DNA of 64,000 bases from Candidatus Omnitrophota bacterium (GTDB lineage: Bacteria > Omnitrophota > Gorgyraeia > Gygaellales > Profunditerraquicolaceae): assembly GCA_018897555.1 (NCBI GenBank), contig JAHIKK010000034.1, positions 4,527-68,526 of the forward strand, written 5' to 3'. The notes under the pieces were generated by a model that was given only the letters and a program-made list of their open reading frames with translations, had not been told where the DNA came from and ran no database searches. Of the stretch, positions 36,059 to 44,976 are shown in pieces; positions within the stretch are counted from its first letter, which is position 1; each line of letters begins with the position of its first letter. The position numbers and the translations under genes are program-made.

Positions 36059-37915
36059 ATGGCGAATCAAAAAAAACCCAAACCCAATAAAACCAACACC
36101 TTCAAACGTTTTCCTTTTGGTTGGTTGTTAGTTTTTTTCCTGCTGATTATGTTGATAAATTCTTTTAATAATCTTCCCGTGGCCGGTATTCCTAAAGAGA
36201 TTACCTATAGCCAGTTTTATCAAACTCTAAAAAATAACCCGGAGACCATAAAAAAGGTGAGCAAGACTGAAAACCTGCTTCAGGGGGACTTTTTAGATAA
36301 TTCCAAATTTTTTGTGAATATCCCGGAGAATGACCCGGAGATGCTTAGCCTGATGCGGCAGAATTTAAAGAATTTTGAGATTAAACCGGCGCGGACATTT
36401 TGGATCAGTTTACTCTTTAATTTAGGGCCGATAATCTTGCTTATTTTCTTCTGGTGGATGATGGCGGCCCGCGGAGAACAGTTAGGCTCTAGAATTATGT
36501 CTTTTGGAAAAGTTAAGTCTAAAATTCAAAGCAATAACGAAAAGGCTACTTTTGATGATGTGGCGGGCGTGGATGAGGCAAAAGAAGAATTAAAAGAAGT
36601 AATTGAATTCCTTAAAGACCCTAAAAAATTCCAGAAATTAGGCGGTAAGATTCCCAAAGGCGTGCTTTTAGTCGGCCCGCCGGGATGCGGTAAAACATTG
36701 ATTGCCCGGGCAGTTGCCGGAGAAGCCAATGTGCCTTTTTTCAGCATATCCGGCTCTAATTTTGTCGAGATGTTTGTAGGGGTGGGGGCTAGCCGGGTAA
36801 GAGATTTGTTTGATCAGGGGCGTAAGGCCGGGGTAGTCTCAGGAAAAGGCGCAATAATTTTTATTGATGAAATTGATGCCGTCGGCCGCCTGCGTTTTTC
36901 CGGAATTGGCGGAGGCAATGATGAACGTGAACAAACCCTTAATCAGCTGTTAGTAGAGATGGATGGGTTTGACGGCCAGCAAGGCCTCATCCTGATTGCT
37001 GCCACTAATCGTCCGGATACACTGGACCCGGCACTCCTGCGTCCGGGAAGGTTTGACCGCACCATTATTATTAATCTGCCGGATATTAAAGGGCGTGAAG
37101 AGATACTCAAAGTGCATACACGCAAAATTAAGCTTGCCGAATCCGTTAATTTAAAATCTGTGGCCAGCCAAACCCCGGGTTTTTCCGGAGCGGACCTGGC
37201 TAATCTCTGTAATGAAGCGGCGTTGATGGCTGCCCGTAATAATAAAGAAGCAGTGGAAGAGATTGATTTGGATAAATCCGTAGAAAGAGTGCTCATGGGC
37301 CCGGAAAAGAAAAGCCATATTATGTCCAAGAAAGAAAAGGAGATTACTTCTTTGCATGAATCCGGGCATGCCCTGCTTTCTTTACTGTTACCGGAAGTCA
37401 ACCCTTTAAAGAAAGTTTCCATTATTCCGCGCGGTCTGGCCGGGGGGTATACCTTTACTCCGCCGTTAGAAGACCGGCATTATTGGACGAAGAAAGAACT
37501 GCTGGCGGAGATTACCATGATCCTGGGAGGCAGGGCTTCCGAAGAGCTAAACTTAAGCGAAGTGACTACCGGAGCGCAAAATGATTTGGAGATGGCTACC
37601 GGTATGGCCAGGCGTATGGTTACGCAATTCGGTATGTCTGAGCGGCTGGGGAATTTGACTCTCGGCAGGAGGGAAGGGCTGGTATTTTTAGGCCGCGATA
37701 TTATGGAGGAAAAAAACTATAGCGAACAGACTGCGCACATCATTGATGAAGAGGTAAAGAAAATAACCGATGATGCTTATCATAAAGCGATAGAATTATT
37801 AAAAAGTAATCAGGTTAAGCTTAAGCTTCTTTCAAATTCTCTTTTAGAAAAAGAGGTCTTAAGCGGTGAAGAAGTGAAAAAAATACTGGGGATTGAGAAA
37901 AGCGACCTGGTTTAA
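36059..37915 (+). CDS. ftsH: ATP-dependent zinc metalloprotease FtsH
   Basis: Two TM helices; Walker A GPPGCGKT, Walker [23 protein letters not shown], zinc motif HESGH. Confidence 0.97.
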   Translation: MANQKKPKPNKTNTFKRFPFGWLLVFFLLIMLINSFNNLPVAGIPKEITYSQFYQTLKNNPETIKKVSKTENLLQGDFLDNSKFFVNIPENDPEMLSLMRQNLKNFEIKPARTFWISLLFNLGPIILLIFFWWMMAARGEQLGSRIMSFGKVKSKIQSNNEKATFDDVAGVDEAKEELKEVIEFLKDPKKFQKLGGKIPKGVLLVGPPGCGKTLIARAVAGEANVPFFSISGSNFVEMFVGVGASRVRDLFDQGRKAGVVSGKGAIIFIDEIDAVGRLRFSGIGGGNDEREQTLNQLLVEMDGFDGQQGLILIAATNRPDTLDPALLRPGRFDRTIIINLPDIKGREEILKVHTRKIKLAESVNLKSVASQTPGFSGADLANLCNEAALMAARNNKEAVEEIDLDKSVERVLMGPEKKSHIMSKKEKEITSLHESGHALLSLLLPEVNPLKKVSIIPRGLAGGYTFTPPLEDRHYWTKKELLAEITMILGGRASEELNLSEVTTGAQNDLEMATGMARRMVTQFGMSERLGNLTLGRREGLVFLGRDIMEEKNYSEQTAHIIDEEVKKITDDAYHKAIELLKSNQVKLKLLSNSLLEKEVLSGEEVKKILGIEKSDLV

Positions 37916-37940
37916 AATTTAGCCGGTTGGGATTACAAGA

Positions 37941-39143
37941 ATGCGTATTTTCCGATTTAGCTGCTCAGAGGAAGTAAGTAAAATTATGCGTGAGATTGGT
38001 GTTGATCCTTACGGGATCAAGATCATGCTGCCCAAGGCGAGTACCTTTTTAATCCGCGCCAACGCCGTTAATAACATCGCGGCGAATATCCTTAAGCAAG
38101 AGATGCTTTCTTTGGGAGCAGACGCGGCAATTGCCAGAGGCGCGCTTACCGGTAAAACTAAAAAAACCGATGTTCTTTTGATCGGAGAACTTACCCAGTT
38201 TGTTGCTTTGGCCAATAAATTAAAAATTCAGCCATTTGGCCTGCAAAAGCTGGCGGGAGAGTTAGACGAAAATATCAAAAATTTTACTAAAGACGATTTT
38301 ATCCTATCTTTAAGAAAAGGTTATTTGAATCTTAGTAAAAAAACTCAAATAATGGGTATTATTAATTTAACGCCTGACTCATTCAGCGATGACGGCCTAT
38401 ATCGAAAGTTTAGTAATAACTATCCGGATCTGGCTTTAAAGAAAGCGCGGGCATTAGTGGCTGACGGAGCAGATATTCTTGATCTCGGCGGCCAATCCAG
38501 CCGTCCGGGAGCAAAAAACATCAGCGTAAAAGAAGAATTATGCCGCACTATACCGGTAGTCAAACTGTTGGCAAAAAAAATCAATACGCCGATTTCTATT
38601 GATACGACTAAACCCGAAGTAGCCAAGGCGGCTTTAGATGCCGGCGCGCAAATCATTAATGATATCTGCGGATTAAGTGACAAACGTATGATTAAAGTGG
38701 CTGCCCGATATAAAGCCGCGGTGGTAATTATGCACATGCTGGGAAAACCCGCAAATATGCAAAAAATAATTGCTTATGAATCTTTGATCGAAGATATTGC
38801 TACATACCTTAAGAATGCTATTGCTTCTGCGCAGGCAGGCGGAATTAGCCCGGATAAAATTATTATTGATCCGGGTATAGGTTTTGGTAAAACCCCGGAT
38901 GATAATCTTAAAATCATCAAACACCTGGCAGATTTTAGGGCCTTAGGCAAGCCCATACTTATCGGCCCTTCCAGGAAATCTTTTATCGGGGAAGTTCTAA
39001 AATTAAATTCGCCAAGCCGGATTAACGGCACTTTGGCTGCCTGCGTAATGGCTGCCGAACGCGGCGTAAATATCCTGCGCGTGCATGATGTAAAAGAAGT
39101 AAGCCAATCCTTAAAAATGGCGGAGGCGGTAAAAAAATGTTAG
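37941..39143 (+). CDS. folP: Dihydropteroate synthase with ~130-aa N-terminal extension
   Basis: MGIINLTPDSFSD, SRPG, ISIDT, DPGIGFGK, SRKSFIG and LRVHDV motifs. Confidence 0.94.
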   Translation: MRIFRFSCSEEVSKIMREIGVDPYGIKIMLPKASTFLIRANAVNNIAANILKQEMLSLGADAAIARGALTGKTKKTDVLLIGELTQFVALANKLKIQPFGLQKLAGELDENIKNFTKDDFILSLRKGYLNLSKKTQIMGIINLTPDSFSDDGLYRKFSNNYPDLALKKARALVADGADILDLGGQSSRPGAKNISVKEELCRTIPVVKLLAKKINTPISIDTTKPEVAKAALDAGAQIINDICGLSDKRMIKVAARYKAAVVIMHMLGKPANMQKIIAYESLIEDIATYLKNAIASAQAGGISPDKIIIDPGIGFGKTPDDNLKIIKHLADFRALGKPILIGPSRKSFIGEVLKLNSPSRINGTLAACVMAAERGVNILRVHDVKEVSQSLKMAEAVKKC

Positions 39144-39904
39144 CGCATAATTTAATCCTCTACTGGAAACCGGCAATTGAAATTACTATTCTTTGGTTCT
39201 TTATCTACCGGATCATGCTCTTTTTTGAAGGTACCCGCGCCCTGCAAGCTTTACGCGGGATAATCATACTCCTGCTTGCTTTTTTAATTTTTAAAAAAAT
39301 TGATTTTCTGGTCTTAAGCTGGTTATTTGAAAAACTTTTTGGAATATCCGTTATTGCGATATTAATTATATTTCATCCGGAAATAAGAATGGGACTGGCG
39401 CAGATAGGTAAACGTCAAATCTTTAAAAATAATCTAAAAGATGAGGAGATTATTCTGCTTAGCCAGATTATCGCAGAGGCCTGCGAAAATCTGGCTAAAA
39501 ATAAATTAGGGGCTTTAATTGCCATCGAAAAAAATGACTCCCTGATTGGCTATATTCAAAGTGGAGAGGCGATTGATGCACGGGTTTGCTCAGATTTGAT
39601 CGAGGCAATTTTTACGCCGAATAATCCGCTGCATGACGGCGGCCTGATCATTAGCCAAGGAAGAATTGCTGCCGCAGGATGTATTTTCCCTTTAGCGGTA
39701 AATCAGGAATTAAGCAGGGTCTTCGGGACACGGCACCGGGCAGCCTTGGGCTTAAGTGAAGAGACCGATGCGATATTAATTGTAGTTTCTGAAGAAAGGC
39801 ACGATATATCCATTATTTACCGAAAGAAATTTTATAAAGATTTAGGCGCTGCGCAGTTAGAGGCAAAAATTAAAGAACTGCTTCAAACAAAAGAAGATGC
39901 ATAA
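39137..39904 (+). CDS. cdaA: Diadenylate cyclase CdaA
   Basis: Three TM helices; catalytic PLHDGG and GTRHRAALGLSEETDA. Confidence 0.94.
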   Translation: MLAHNLILYWKPAIEITILWFFIYRIMLFFEGTRALQALRGIIILLLAFLIFKKIDFLVLSWLFEKLFGISVIAILIIFHPEIRMGLAQIGKRQIFKNNLKDEEIILLSQIIAEACENLAKNKLGALIAIEKNDSLIGYIQSGEAIDARVCSDLIEAIFTPNNPLHDGGLIISQGRIAAAGCIFPLAVNQELSRVFGTRHRAALGLSEETDAILIVVSEERHDISIIYRKKFYKDLGAAQLEAKIKELLQTKEDA

Positions 39905-40019
39905 AAAACAGAAAAATATTTTTTTGCGGATTATTGGCTTAATCTCTCACCACCCGTGGTTGAAACTTATTTCTTTATTCCTGGCGGTGATTATTTGGTT
40001 TTATGTAAAAGGGGTATAA
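39897..40019 (+). CDS. 40-aa CdaR-like membrane peptide (TM segment only; below the ORF-track size cutoff)
   Basis: MHKKQKNIFLRIIGLISHHPWLKLISLFLAVIIWFYVKGV; resembles the CdaR/YbbR N-terminal anchor; overlaps the cdaA stop and ends 1 nt before the pdxJ ATG. Confidence 0.7.
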   Translation: MHKKQKNIFLRIIGLISHHPWLKLISLFLAVIIWFYVKGV

Positions 40020-40733
40020 ATGCCGCGATTAGGAGTAAATATCGATCATGTGGCCACTTTACGCCAGGCCCGCGGCGGAAATCTGCCTGATCCTGTTTAT
40101 GCGGCGTTTTTAGCTGAACAGGCCGGTGCCCAGAGCATCGTGGCGCATTTAAGAGAAGACCGCCGGCATATTCAAGAGCAGGATATTAAGCTTCTGCGGA
40201 AAAAAATTAGCACTAAACTTAACCTGGAGATGTCCGTGGCGCCGGAGATTTTAAATATTGCCTGTGCGATCAGGCCTGACCAGGCAACCCTGGTGCCGGA
40301 AAGAAGGAAGGAATTAACTACCGAGGGCGGATTAAACGTAGCCGCTAACCTTAAAATTATTTCCGGGGCAGTAAAGAAATTAAAGGCATCTAATATCCGG
40401 GTAAGTTTATTTATTGACCCGGATAAAAAACAGGTTAATGCTGCCAGAAAAACCGGCGCTGAGATTATTGAGTTCCACACCGGCCGCTATGCGTTGGCAA
40501 AAAATTCCAGGGAAAAAGAAAAATTTTTTAACGAGCTTAAGCGCGCTGTGGATTTTGCCCGGACTCAAGGAATAACCGTGGGAGCCGGACACGGCCTGGA
40601 TTATGCCAATGTCAGGCGCATTGCCGGAATCAAGGGAATAGAAGAACTTAATATCGGTTATTCTATTATCGCTAAAGCCTTATATGTGGGATTATTTGCG
40701 GCAGTTAAAGAAATGCGGGAGTTAGTCAGGTAA
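40020..40733 (+). CDS. pdxJ: Pyridoxine 5'-phosphate synthase
   Basis: LGVNIDHVATLRQAR, HLREDRRHI, TTEGGL and AGHGL motifs. Confidence 0.97.
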   Translation: MPRLGVNIDHVATLRQARGGNLPDPVYAAFLAEQAGAQSIVAHLREDRRHIQEQDIKLLRKKISTKLNLEMSVAPEILNIACAIRPDQATLVPERRKELTTEGGLNVAANLKIISGAVKKLKASNIRVSLFIDPDKKQVNAARKTGAEIIEFHTGRYALAKNSREKEKFFNELKRAVDFARTQGITVGAGHGLDYANVRRIAGIKGIEELNIGYSIIAKALYVGLFAAVKEMRELVR

Positions 40734-41089
40734 TGGTAATCGGGACAGGGGTAGATATTACTGAGGTGCGCCGCATCCGTCAAGCAGTTGAAAAATGGGG
40801 GGAGGATTTTCTAAAACGCGTTTTTACGAAAGCGGAGATAGAAAACGCCAAAACCAAAACTTCTTTTTATCAGCATCTGGCCGGAAGATTCGCCGCCAAA
40901 GAGGCAATTTTTAAGGCAGTAGGAGATAACCGGCTTTCCTGGCAGGATATTCAAATACATAATGACCCGGAGGGTAAACCGGTTTGTCTTTTCTTAAACG
41001 GCAGAGGTAAAAATATTAACGTACATATTTCTATTTCGCATGTTAAAACTTATGCGGTTGCCAACGCAGTTGTTACGAAGAAAAATTGA
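40733..41089 (+). CDS. acpS: Holo-ACP synthase
   Basis: GTGVDI, LAGRFAAKEA, GKP and ISISH motifs. Confidence 0.95.
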   Translation: MVIGTGVDITEVRRIRQAVEKWGEDFLKRVFTKAEIENAKTKTSFYQHLAGRFAAKEAIFKAVGDNRLSWQDIQIHNDPEGKPVCLFLNGRGKNINVHISISHVKTYAVANAVVTKKN

Positions 41090-41936
41090 TTCCCACAAGG
41101 GAGACTACGGGAGCATTTTGATTTTAGCCGGTTCAAACAGGTATTCCGGCGCAGCCTTGCTTTGCGCTGAATCAACTTTGCGCTCCGGAGCAGGAGCCGT
41201 CACCGTAGGTCTACCGGCAAGCATCAATTCGGCTTTAATTAAAAACAAAACAAAAGAAGTAATGACTTTGCCGTTGCCGGAGACCAAAACAGGAACATTA
41301 AGTTTAGCGGCATTTTCTAAAATCAAACCTTTTCTTAAAAATACGGACGTCTTAATCATCGGCCCGGGATTGGGCCGGGATAAATCGACTTTTACCCTGG
41401 TCAGAAAAGTAATCCGGGCATCAAGCCTGCCCATGGTGATTGATGCTGATGCGCTTTTAGCTTTAAAGCAGCATTTGGTAATTCTTAAACAGCACAAAGG
41501 AAAAGTTATCTTAACTCCACACACTAAAGAAATGGCCGGCCTTTTCGGAATAGATATTGATTTTATAAAGAAAAATAGAAAATTGGTTGCGAAAAAGTAT
41601 GCGCAATATTATAATATTATAATTATCCTTAAGGGGCACCGGAGCATTATCACTGATGGTGTTAAAAAGTTTTATATAAATAAGACCGGTAACCCCGGAA
41701 TGGCAACTGCCGGAAGCGGAGATGTGCTTAGCGGTATTGTGGGCGCGTTTTTAGCCCAGGGATTAGATGCTTTTAGCGCGGCAAAATATGCAACACATGT
41801 TCACGGCTTAGCCGGGGACATCGCCGCTTTGGATAAAACGCAAATGGGTTTAATCGCATCGGACATTATCAGCCGGATTCCGGATGCGCTAAAGATTTGT
41901 AGCTTCCGCCACAAAGCGTGGCGGGCCCGCCAATAA
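41040..41936 (+). CDS. nnrD: NAD(P)H-hydrate dehydratase (stand-alone NnrD; true start may be 41052)
   Basis: SHKGDYG, GPGLG, DADAL, LTPH, LKG and MATAGSGDVLSG motifs. Confidence 0.92.
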   Translation: MLKLMRLPTQLLRRKIDSHKGDYGSILILAGSNRYSGAALLCAESTLRSGAGAVTVGLPASINSALIKNKTKEVMTLPLPETKTGTLSLAAFSKIKPFLKNTDVLIIGPGLGRDKSTFTLVRKVIRASSLPMVIDADALLALKQHLVILKQHKGKVILTPHTKEMAGLFGIDIDFIKKNRKLVAKKYAQYYNIIIILKGHRSIITDGVKKFYINKTGNPGMATAGSGDVLSGIVGAFLAQGLDAFSAAKYATHVHGLAGDIAALDKTQMGLIASDIISRIPDALKICSFRHKAWRARQ

Positions 41937-41947
41937 ATATGGCGGGA
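41905..41947. repeat. Tandem CCGCCA-Nx-TGGCGG double-hairpin element
   Basis: TCCGCCAcaaagcgTGGCGGG followed by CCCGCCAataaataTGGCGGGA; overlaps the nnrD 3' end and stops 2 nt before tRNA-Thr. Confidence 0.8.
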
Positions 41948-41949
41948 GT

Positions 41950-42022
41950 GCCGACGTAGCTCAGTTGGTAGAGCGGCTGTTTTGTAAACAGCGGGTCGGG
42001 GGTTCAAATCCTCTCGTCGGCT
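41950..42022 (+). tRNA. tRNA-Thr(TGT)
   Basis: Acceptor GCCGACG/CGTCGGC-T; anticodon arm GCTGT-TT-TGT-AA-ACAGC. Confidence 0.94.
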
Positions 42023-42025
42023 TAA

Positions 42026-42170
42026 ATTGAGATACCCGACCCGAAGGGGGCGTGGGGGAAAACTTCCCCCACGTATTCGGGGTAACAGCGACGAACGTAA
42101 GTGAGGAGCGCCATAGGGGCAGAGCCCCTTTGGTACCGGGTCGGGGGTTCAAATCCTCTCGTCGGCTTAA
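42026..42170 (+). repeat. tRNA-linked mini-element: 111-bp structured insert plus 34-bp duplication of the tRNA-Thr 3' end
   Basis: 41992-42025 is identical to 42137-42170 (CGGGTCGGGGGTTCAAATCCTCTCGTCGGCTTAA); insert holds hairpins CGTGGGGGAA/TTCCCCCACG and AGGGGC/GCCCCT. Confidence 0.88.
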
Positions 42171-42180
42171 TAAAATTTTA

Positions 42181-42263
42181 GGGCAGGTACCCAAGTGGTC
42201 AAAGGGGACAGACTGTAAATCTGTTGCACTTGTGCTTCAAAGGTTCGAATCCTTTCCTGCCCA
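42181..42263 (+). tRNA. tRNA-Tyr(GTA)
   Basis: Acceptor GGGCAGG/CCTGCCC-A; anticodon arm ACAGA-CT-GTA-AA-TCTGT; long variable arm. Confidence 0.94.
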
Positions 42264-42315
42264 AATTATATTTTGCGGGTACTCCCGCAGAAGCCCTGGT
42301 AAAAATATAAATTTT

Positions 42316-42386
42316 GCGGGAGTAGTTCAGTGGTAGAACAATAGCCTTCCAAGCTATGAATGGGGGTTCGATTCCCCTCTCCCGCT
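42316..42386 (+). tRNA. tRNA-Gly(TCC)
   Basis: Acceptor GCGGGAG/CTCCCGC-T; anticodon arm ATAGC-CT-TCC-AA-GCTAT. Confidence 0.94.
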
Positions 42387-42411
42387 AGTGACACTTAAAA
42401 GGCAGTGCTTA

Positions 42412-43170
42412 ATGAGCGAAGAATTTTTAAAACCGGTTTTTATTGACGCCTTTGATCTTGATGATGCCTGGTTTCAATGCTTATGTGCGATTTTGGATCA
42501 AGGGCATATTTATACGATTACCCGCGGCAGCTATGCAGGGCAAAAGAGGCTGGAATTTGATTTTATTTCCATTCGGGTACGTAAACCCAGCCATCAAATT
42601 ATCCCGATAATTCCGGAAGGCATGAGTATTCCTGCCCCGACAGATATGGATTATATCCAGGGATATTTAAGTTATCTGCTTACCGGGGCCAAGACGGAAA
42701 CCGAGGATTATACTTATGGGGAAAGGTTAGTGGATCCTAAAGTTAAGATTAAACAAGTTTTAAATGGAGAGGAACTGATTTCGGATATGCCTTTAAATGT
42801 GAATCAAATCGAAGAAGTAATTAAAATGTACAAAGAAAATGGGCCGGGGACTAATCAAGCGACCATGGAAATCGGTATGCCTTCAGATATAAAGTTAATT
42901 GATCCGCCTTGCCTAAGATTGATTGATACACGGCTGCGTTATGGTAAATTGCATTTTGTGCTTTATTTTCGTTCCTGGGATCTTTGGGGCGGTTTTCCCT
43001 CGAATCTGGGTGGTTTACAACTGGTAAAACAATATATGGCCCAAGAGATCGGGGCCGAAGACGGAGAAATTATTGCCGTAAGCAAAGGCTTGCATCTTTA
43101 TGATTATGCCTGGGAGCTGGCAATGTTAAGAACAAATAAAAAGAAAGATTTTAAATTAAACCATGCCTAA
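42412..43170 (+). CDS. thyA: Thymidylate synthase, archaeal-type ThyA-like (start moved to ATG 42412)
   Basis: YTYGERL, catalytic DPPCLR, FRSWDLWGGFPSNL and GLHLYD motifs. Confidence 0.82.
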   Translation: MSEEFLKPVFIDAFDLDDAWFQCLCAILDQGHIYTITRGSYAGQKRLEFDFISIRVRKPSHQIIPIIPEGMSIPAPTDMDYIQGYLSYLLTGAKTETEDYTYGERLVDPKVKIKQVLNGEELISDMPLNVNQIEEVIKMYKENGPGTNQATMEIGMPSDIKLIDPPCLRLIDTRLRYGKLHFVLYFRSWDLWGGFPSNLGGLQLVKQYMAQEIGAEDGEIIAVSKGLHLYDYAWELAMLRTNKKKDFKLNHA

Positions 43171-44158
43171 GCAGCGCATTGCGATACTGGGAGATGGGGG
43201 CTGGGGAACGACACTGGCGGTATTGCTCTGTAATAAAGGTTATCCTATTACGCTTTGGGGCGCCTTTGCCGGCTACACGGAAACAATGGTTAAAACGCGG
43301 CGAAATCCTAAGTTTTTACCGGGAATAAAAATTCCGCGCTCTATTAAAATTACTAGCGATATAAAAAGCGCGGTGGAAGATAAAGAAATTGTCGTGTTGG
43401 CAGTTCCTTCTCAATATGCCAGATCGGTGTTAAGAAAGATTAAAGGTTACTTCGCCAAAAAAACTATTTTTTTAAGTGTGGCCAAGGGGATTGAAATCAG
43501 CTCTTCTAAAAGAATATCTGAAGTAATTCGCGCCGAGCTGGGGCAGGTAAGGCTAGCCGTCTTATCCGGGCCAACCATTGCCAGCGAAGTAGCTAAGGGG
43601 GTTCCCACTACTGCCGTGGTGGTCTCAACTGATAAACGAATACGCAAAACTATTCAAGAAATATTTAGCACGCAAAGATTCCGCGTGTATACTAACCCGG
43701 ATGTAATTGGCGTAGAATTAGGGGGCAGTTTAAAAAACGTAATTGCCATTGCCTGCGGCGTATCTGATGGGTTAGGTTTTGGCACTAACACTAAAGCCGC
43801 TATTCTTACCCGGGGGCTTGCCGAGATTTCCAGATTAGGTAAGGCGATGGGTGCAAAAGCAGAGACCTTCAGCGGGGTAAGCGGATTGGGAGATCTGGTT
43901 ACTACCTGTATCAGTAAACAGAGCCGTAATCGCAGGGTGGGAGAACTGATCGGAAAAGGTAAGCACCTGAAAGAAATTTGCCAACACATGCAGATGATTG
44001 CTGAGGGGGTACCCACAGCAAAATCCGCCTATGCTTTAAGTTTGAAACATAAGATCGATATGCCGATCATCAGAGAGGTGTATCATTTACTGTATAAACA
44101 TAAATCTCCCGCTCAAGCGGTAGAAGATCTGATGATGAGAAAAAGCAAAGAAGAATAG
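43163..44158 (+). CDS. gpsA: NAD(P)H-dependent glycerol-3-phosphate dehydrogenase
   Basis: GDGGWGT, LSGPTIA.E, GGSLKNVIAIACG and GLGDLVTTC..SRN motifs. Confidence 0.96.
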   Translation: MPKQRIAILGDGGWGTTLAVLLCNKGYPITLWGAFAGYTETMVKTRRNPKFLPGIKIPRSIKITSDIKSAVEDKEIVVLAVPSQYARSVLRKIKGYFAKKTIFLSVAKGIEISSSKRISEVIRAELGQVRLAVLSGPTIASEVAKGVPTTAVVVSTDKRIRKTIQEIFSTQRFRVYTNPDVIGVELGGSLKNVIAIACGVSDGLGFGTNTKAAILTRGLAEISRLGKAMGAKAETFSGVSGLGDLVTTCISKQSRNRRVGELIGKGKHLKEICQHMQMIAEGVPTAKSAYALSLKHKIDMPIIREVYHLLYKHKSPAQAVEDLMMRKSKEE

Positions 44159-44164
44159 TAGTAG

Positions 44165-44238
44165 CGGGGCGTGGCTCAGCTTGGTAGAGCGCTTGAATGG
44201 GGTTCAAGAGGTCACAGGTTCAAGTCCTGTCGCCCCGA
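44165..44238 (+). tRNA. tRNA-Pro(GGG)
   Basis: Acceptor CGGGGCG/CGCCCCG-A; anticodon arm CTTGA-AT-GGG-GT-TCAAG. Confidence 0.93.
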
Positions 44239-44255
44239 CAAATTTAGAGGTGATT

Positions 44256-44588
44256 ATGCAAGAGAAAAGAAAAACCGTCCGGATTGAAAAAACATTGATT
44301 ATCCAATATGCGCAAATTACACCGGAACCACTGTGCTGGGATTCTTCAACCATTAAGAATATCAGTATCGAAGGGGTTTTATTTAATTCCAATAAAATTT
44401 TCACCAACAACGCAAAGTTGCAATTACGTTTTACAATACCCACGGATCCTTATAACCGCCTGGAAGCAACAGGCGAAGTAGTGGAGTCTTTTGCCAATAG
44501 AACGCGTATAAAGTTTATCGATCTGGGAGAGCATGAGAAGAAGATGATCAGCGATTATATGCAGAGCTTATTAAAAAGTAATAAATAG
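44256..44588 (+). CDS. PilZ domain protein (start moved past the tRNA)
   Basis: RxxxR (EKRKTVR) and NxSxxG (NISIEG) motifs; GAGGTG Shine-Dalgarno sequence before ATG 44256. Confidence 0.85.
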   Translation: MQEKRKTVRIEKTLIIQYAQITPEPLCWDSSTIKNISIEGVLFNSNKIFTNNAKLQLRFTIPTDPYNRLEATGEVVESFANRTRIKFIDLGEHEKKMISDYMQSLLKSNK

Positions 44589-44610
44589 GGGCAGGTCAAA
44601 AGGAGGGTCT

Positions 44611-44973
44611 ATGCCAAAAGAATTCGATGGGCAGGAAAAAAGAAAGTATCCCCGCGCAAAAGGCAGATTTATTATTTCCTACAGGGTTATTCCAAGTAAC
44701 AGCAACATCGATATTTCACAGACTAAAAATTTAAGTTTAGGCGGAATGCTTTTAACCACCAATTGTCAGTTTGCGGAAGGAACGAATTTGGCGCTGGAGA
44801 TTCGCCTGCCCTTTGATCCTGATCCGATTGTGACTATCGCTAAGGTCCTGGAATCAAAAGAAATTACTAAAGGCGTGATCTATGATACGCGCCTTGCTTT
44901 CTTAGCGGTAGATGAAAAACATCGCGAGATAATCGGTGAAACGGTGGGTTATTATCTTAAGAAAGGTTACTAA
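44611..44973 (+). CDS. PilZ domain protein
   Basis: EKRKYPR and NLSLGG c-di-GMP-binding motifs. Confidence 0.87.
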   Translation: MPKEFDGQEKRKYPRAKGRFIISYRVIPSNSNIDISQTKNLSLGGMLLTTNCQFAEGTNLALEIRLPFDPDPIVTIAKVLESKEITKGVIYDTRLAFLAVDEKHREIIGETVGYYLKKGY

Positions 44974-44976
44974 TCT

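Noticed and set aside
41801-42336. ORFs 41801-42007, 41961-42194 and 42052-42336
   Set aside because: They are translations of tRNA-Thr/Tyr/Gly and the tRNA-linked repeat
44181-44255. N-terminal 25 codons of ORF 44181-44588
   Set aside because: They lie largely within tRNA-Pro; the real start is ATG 44256 with a Shine-Dalgarno sequence
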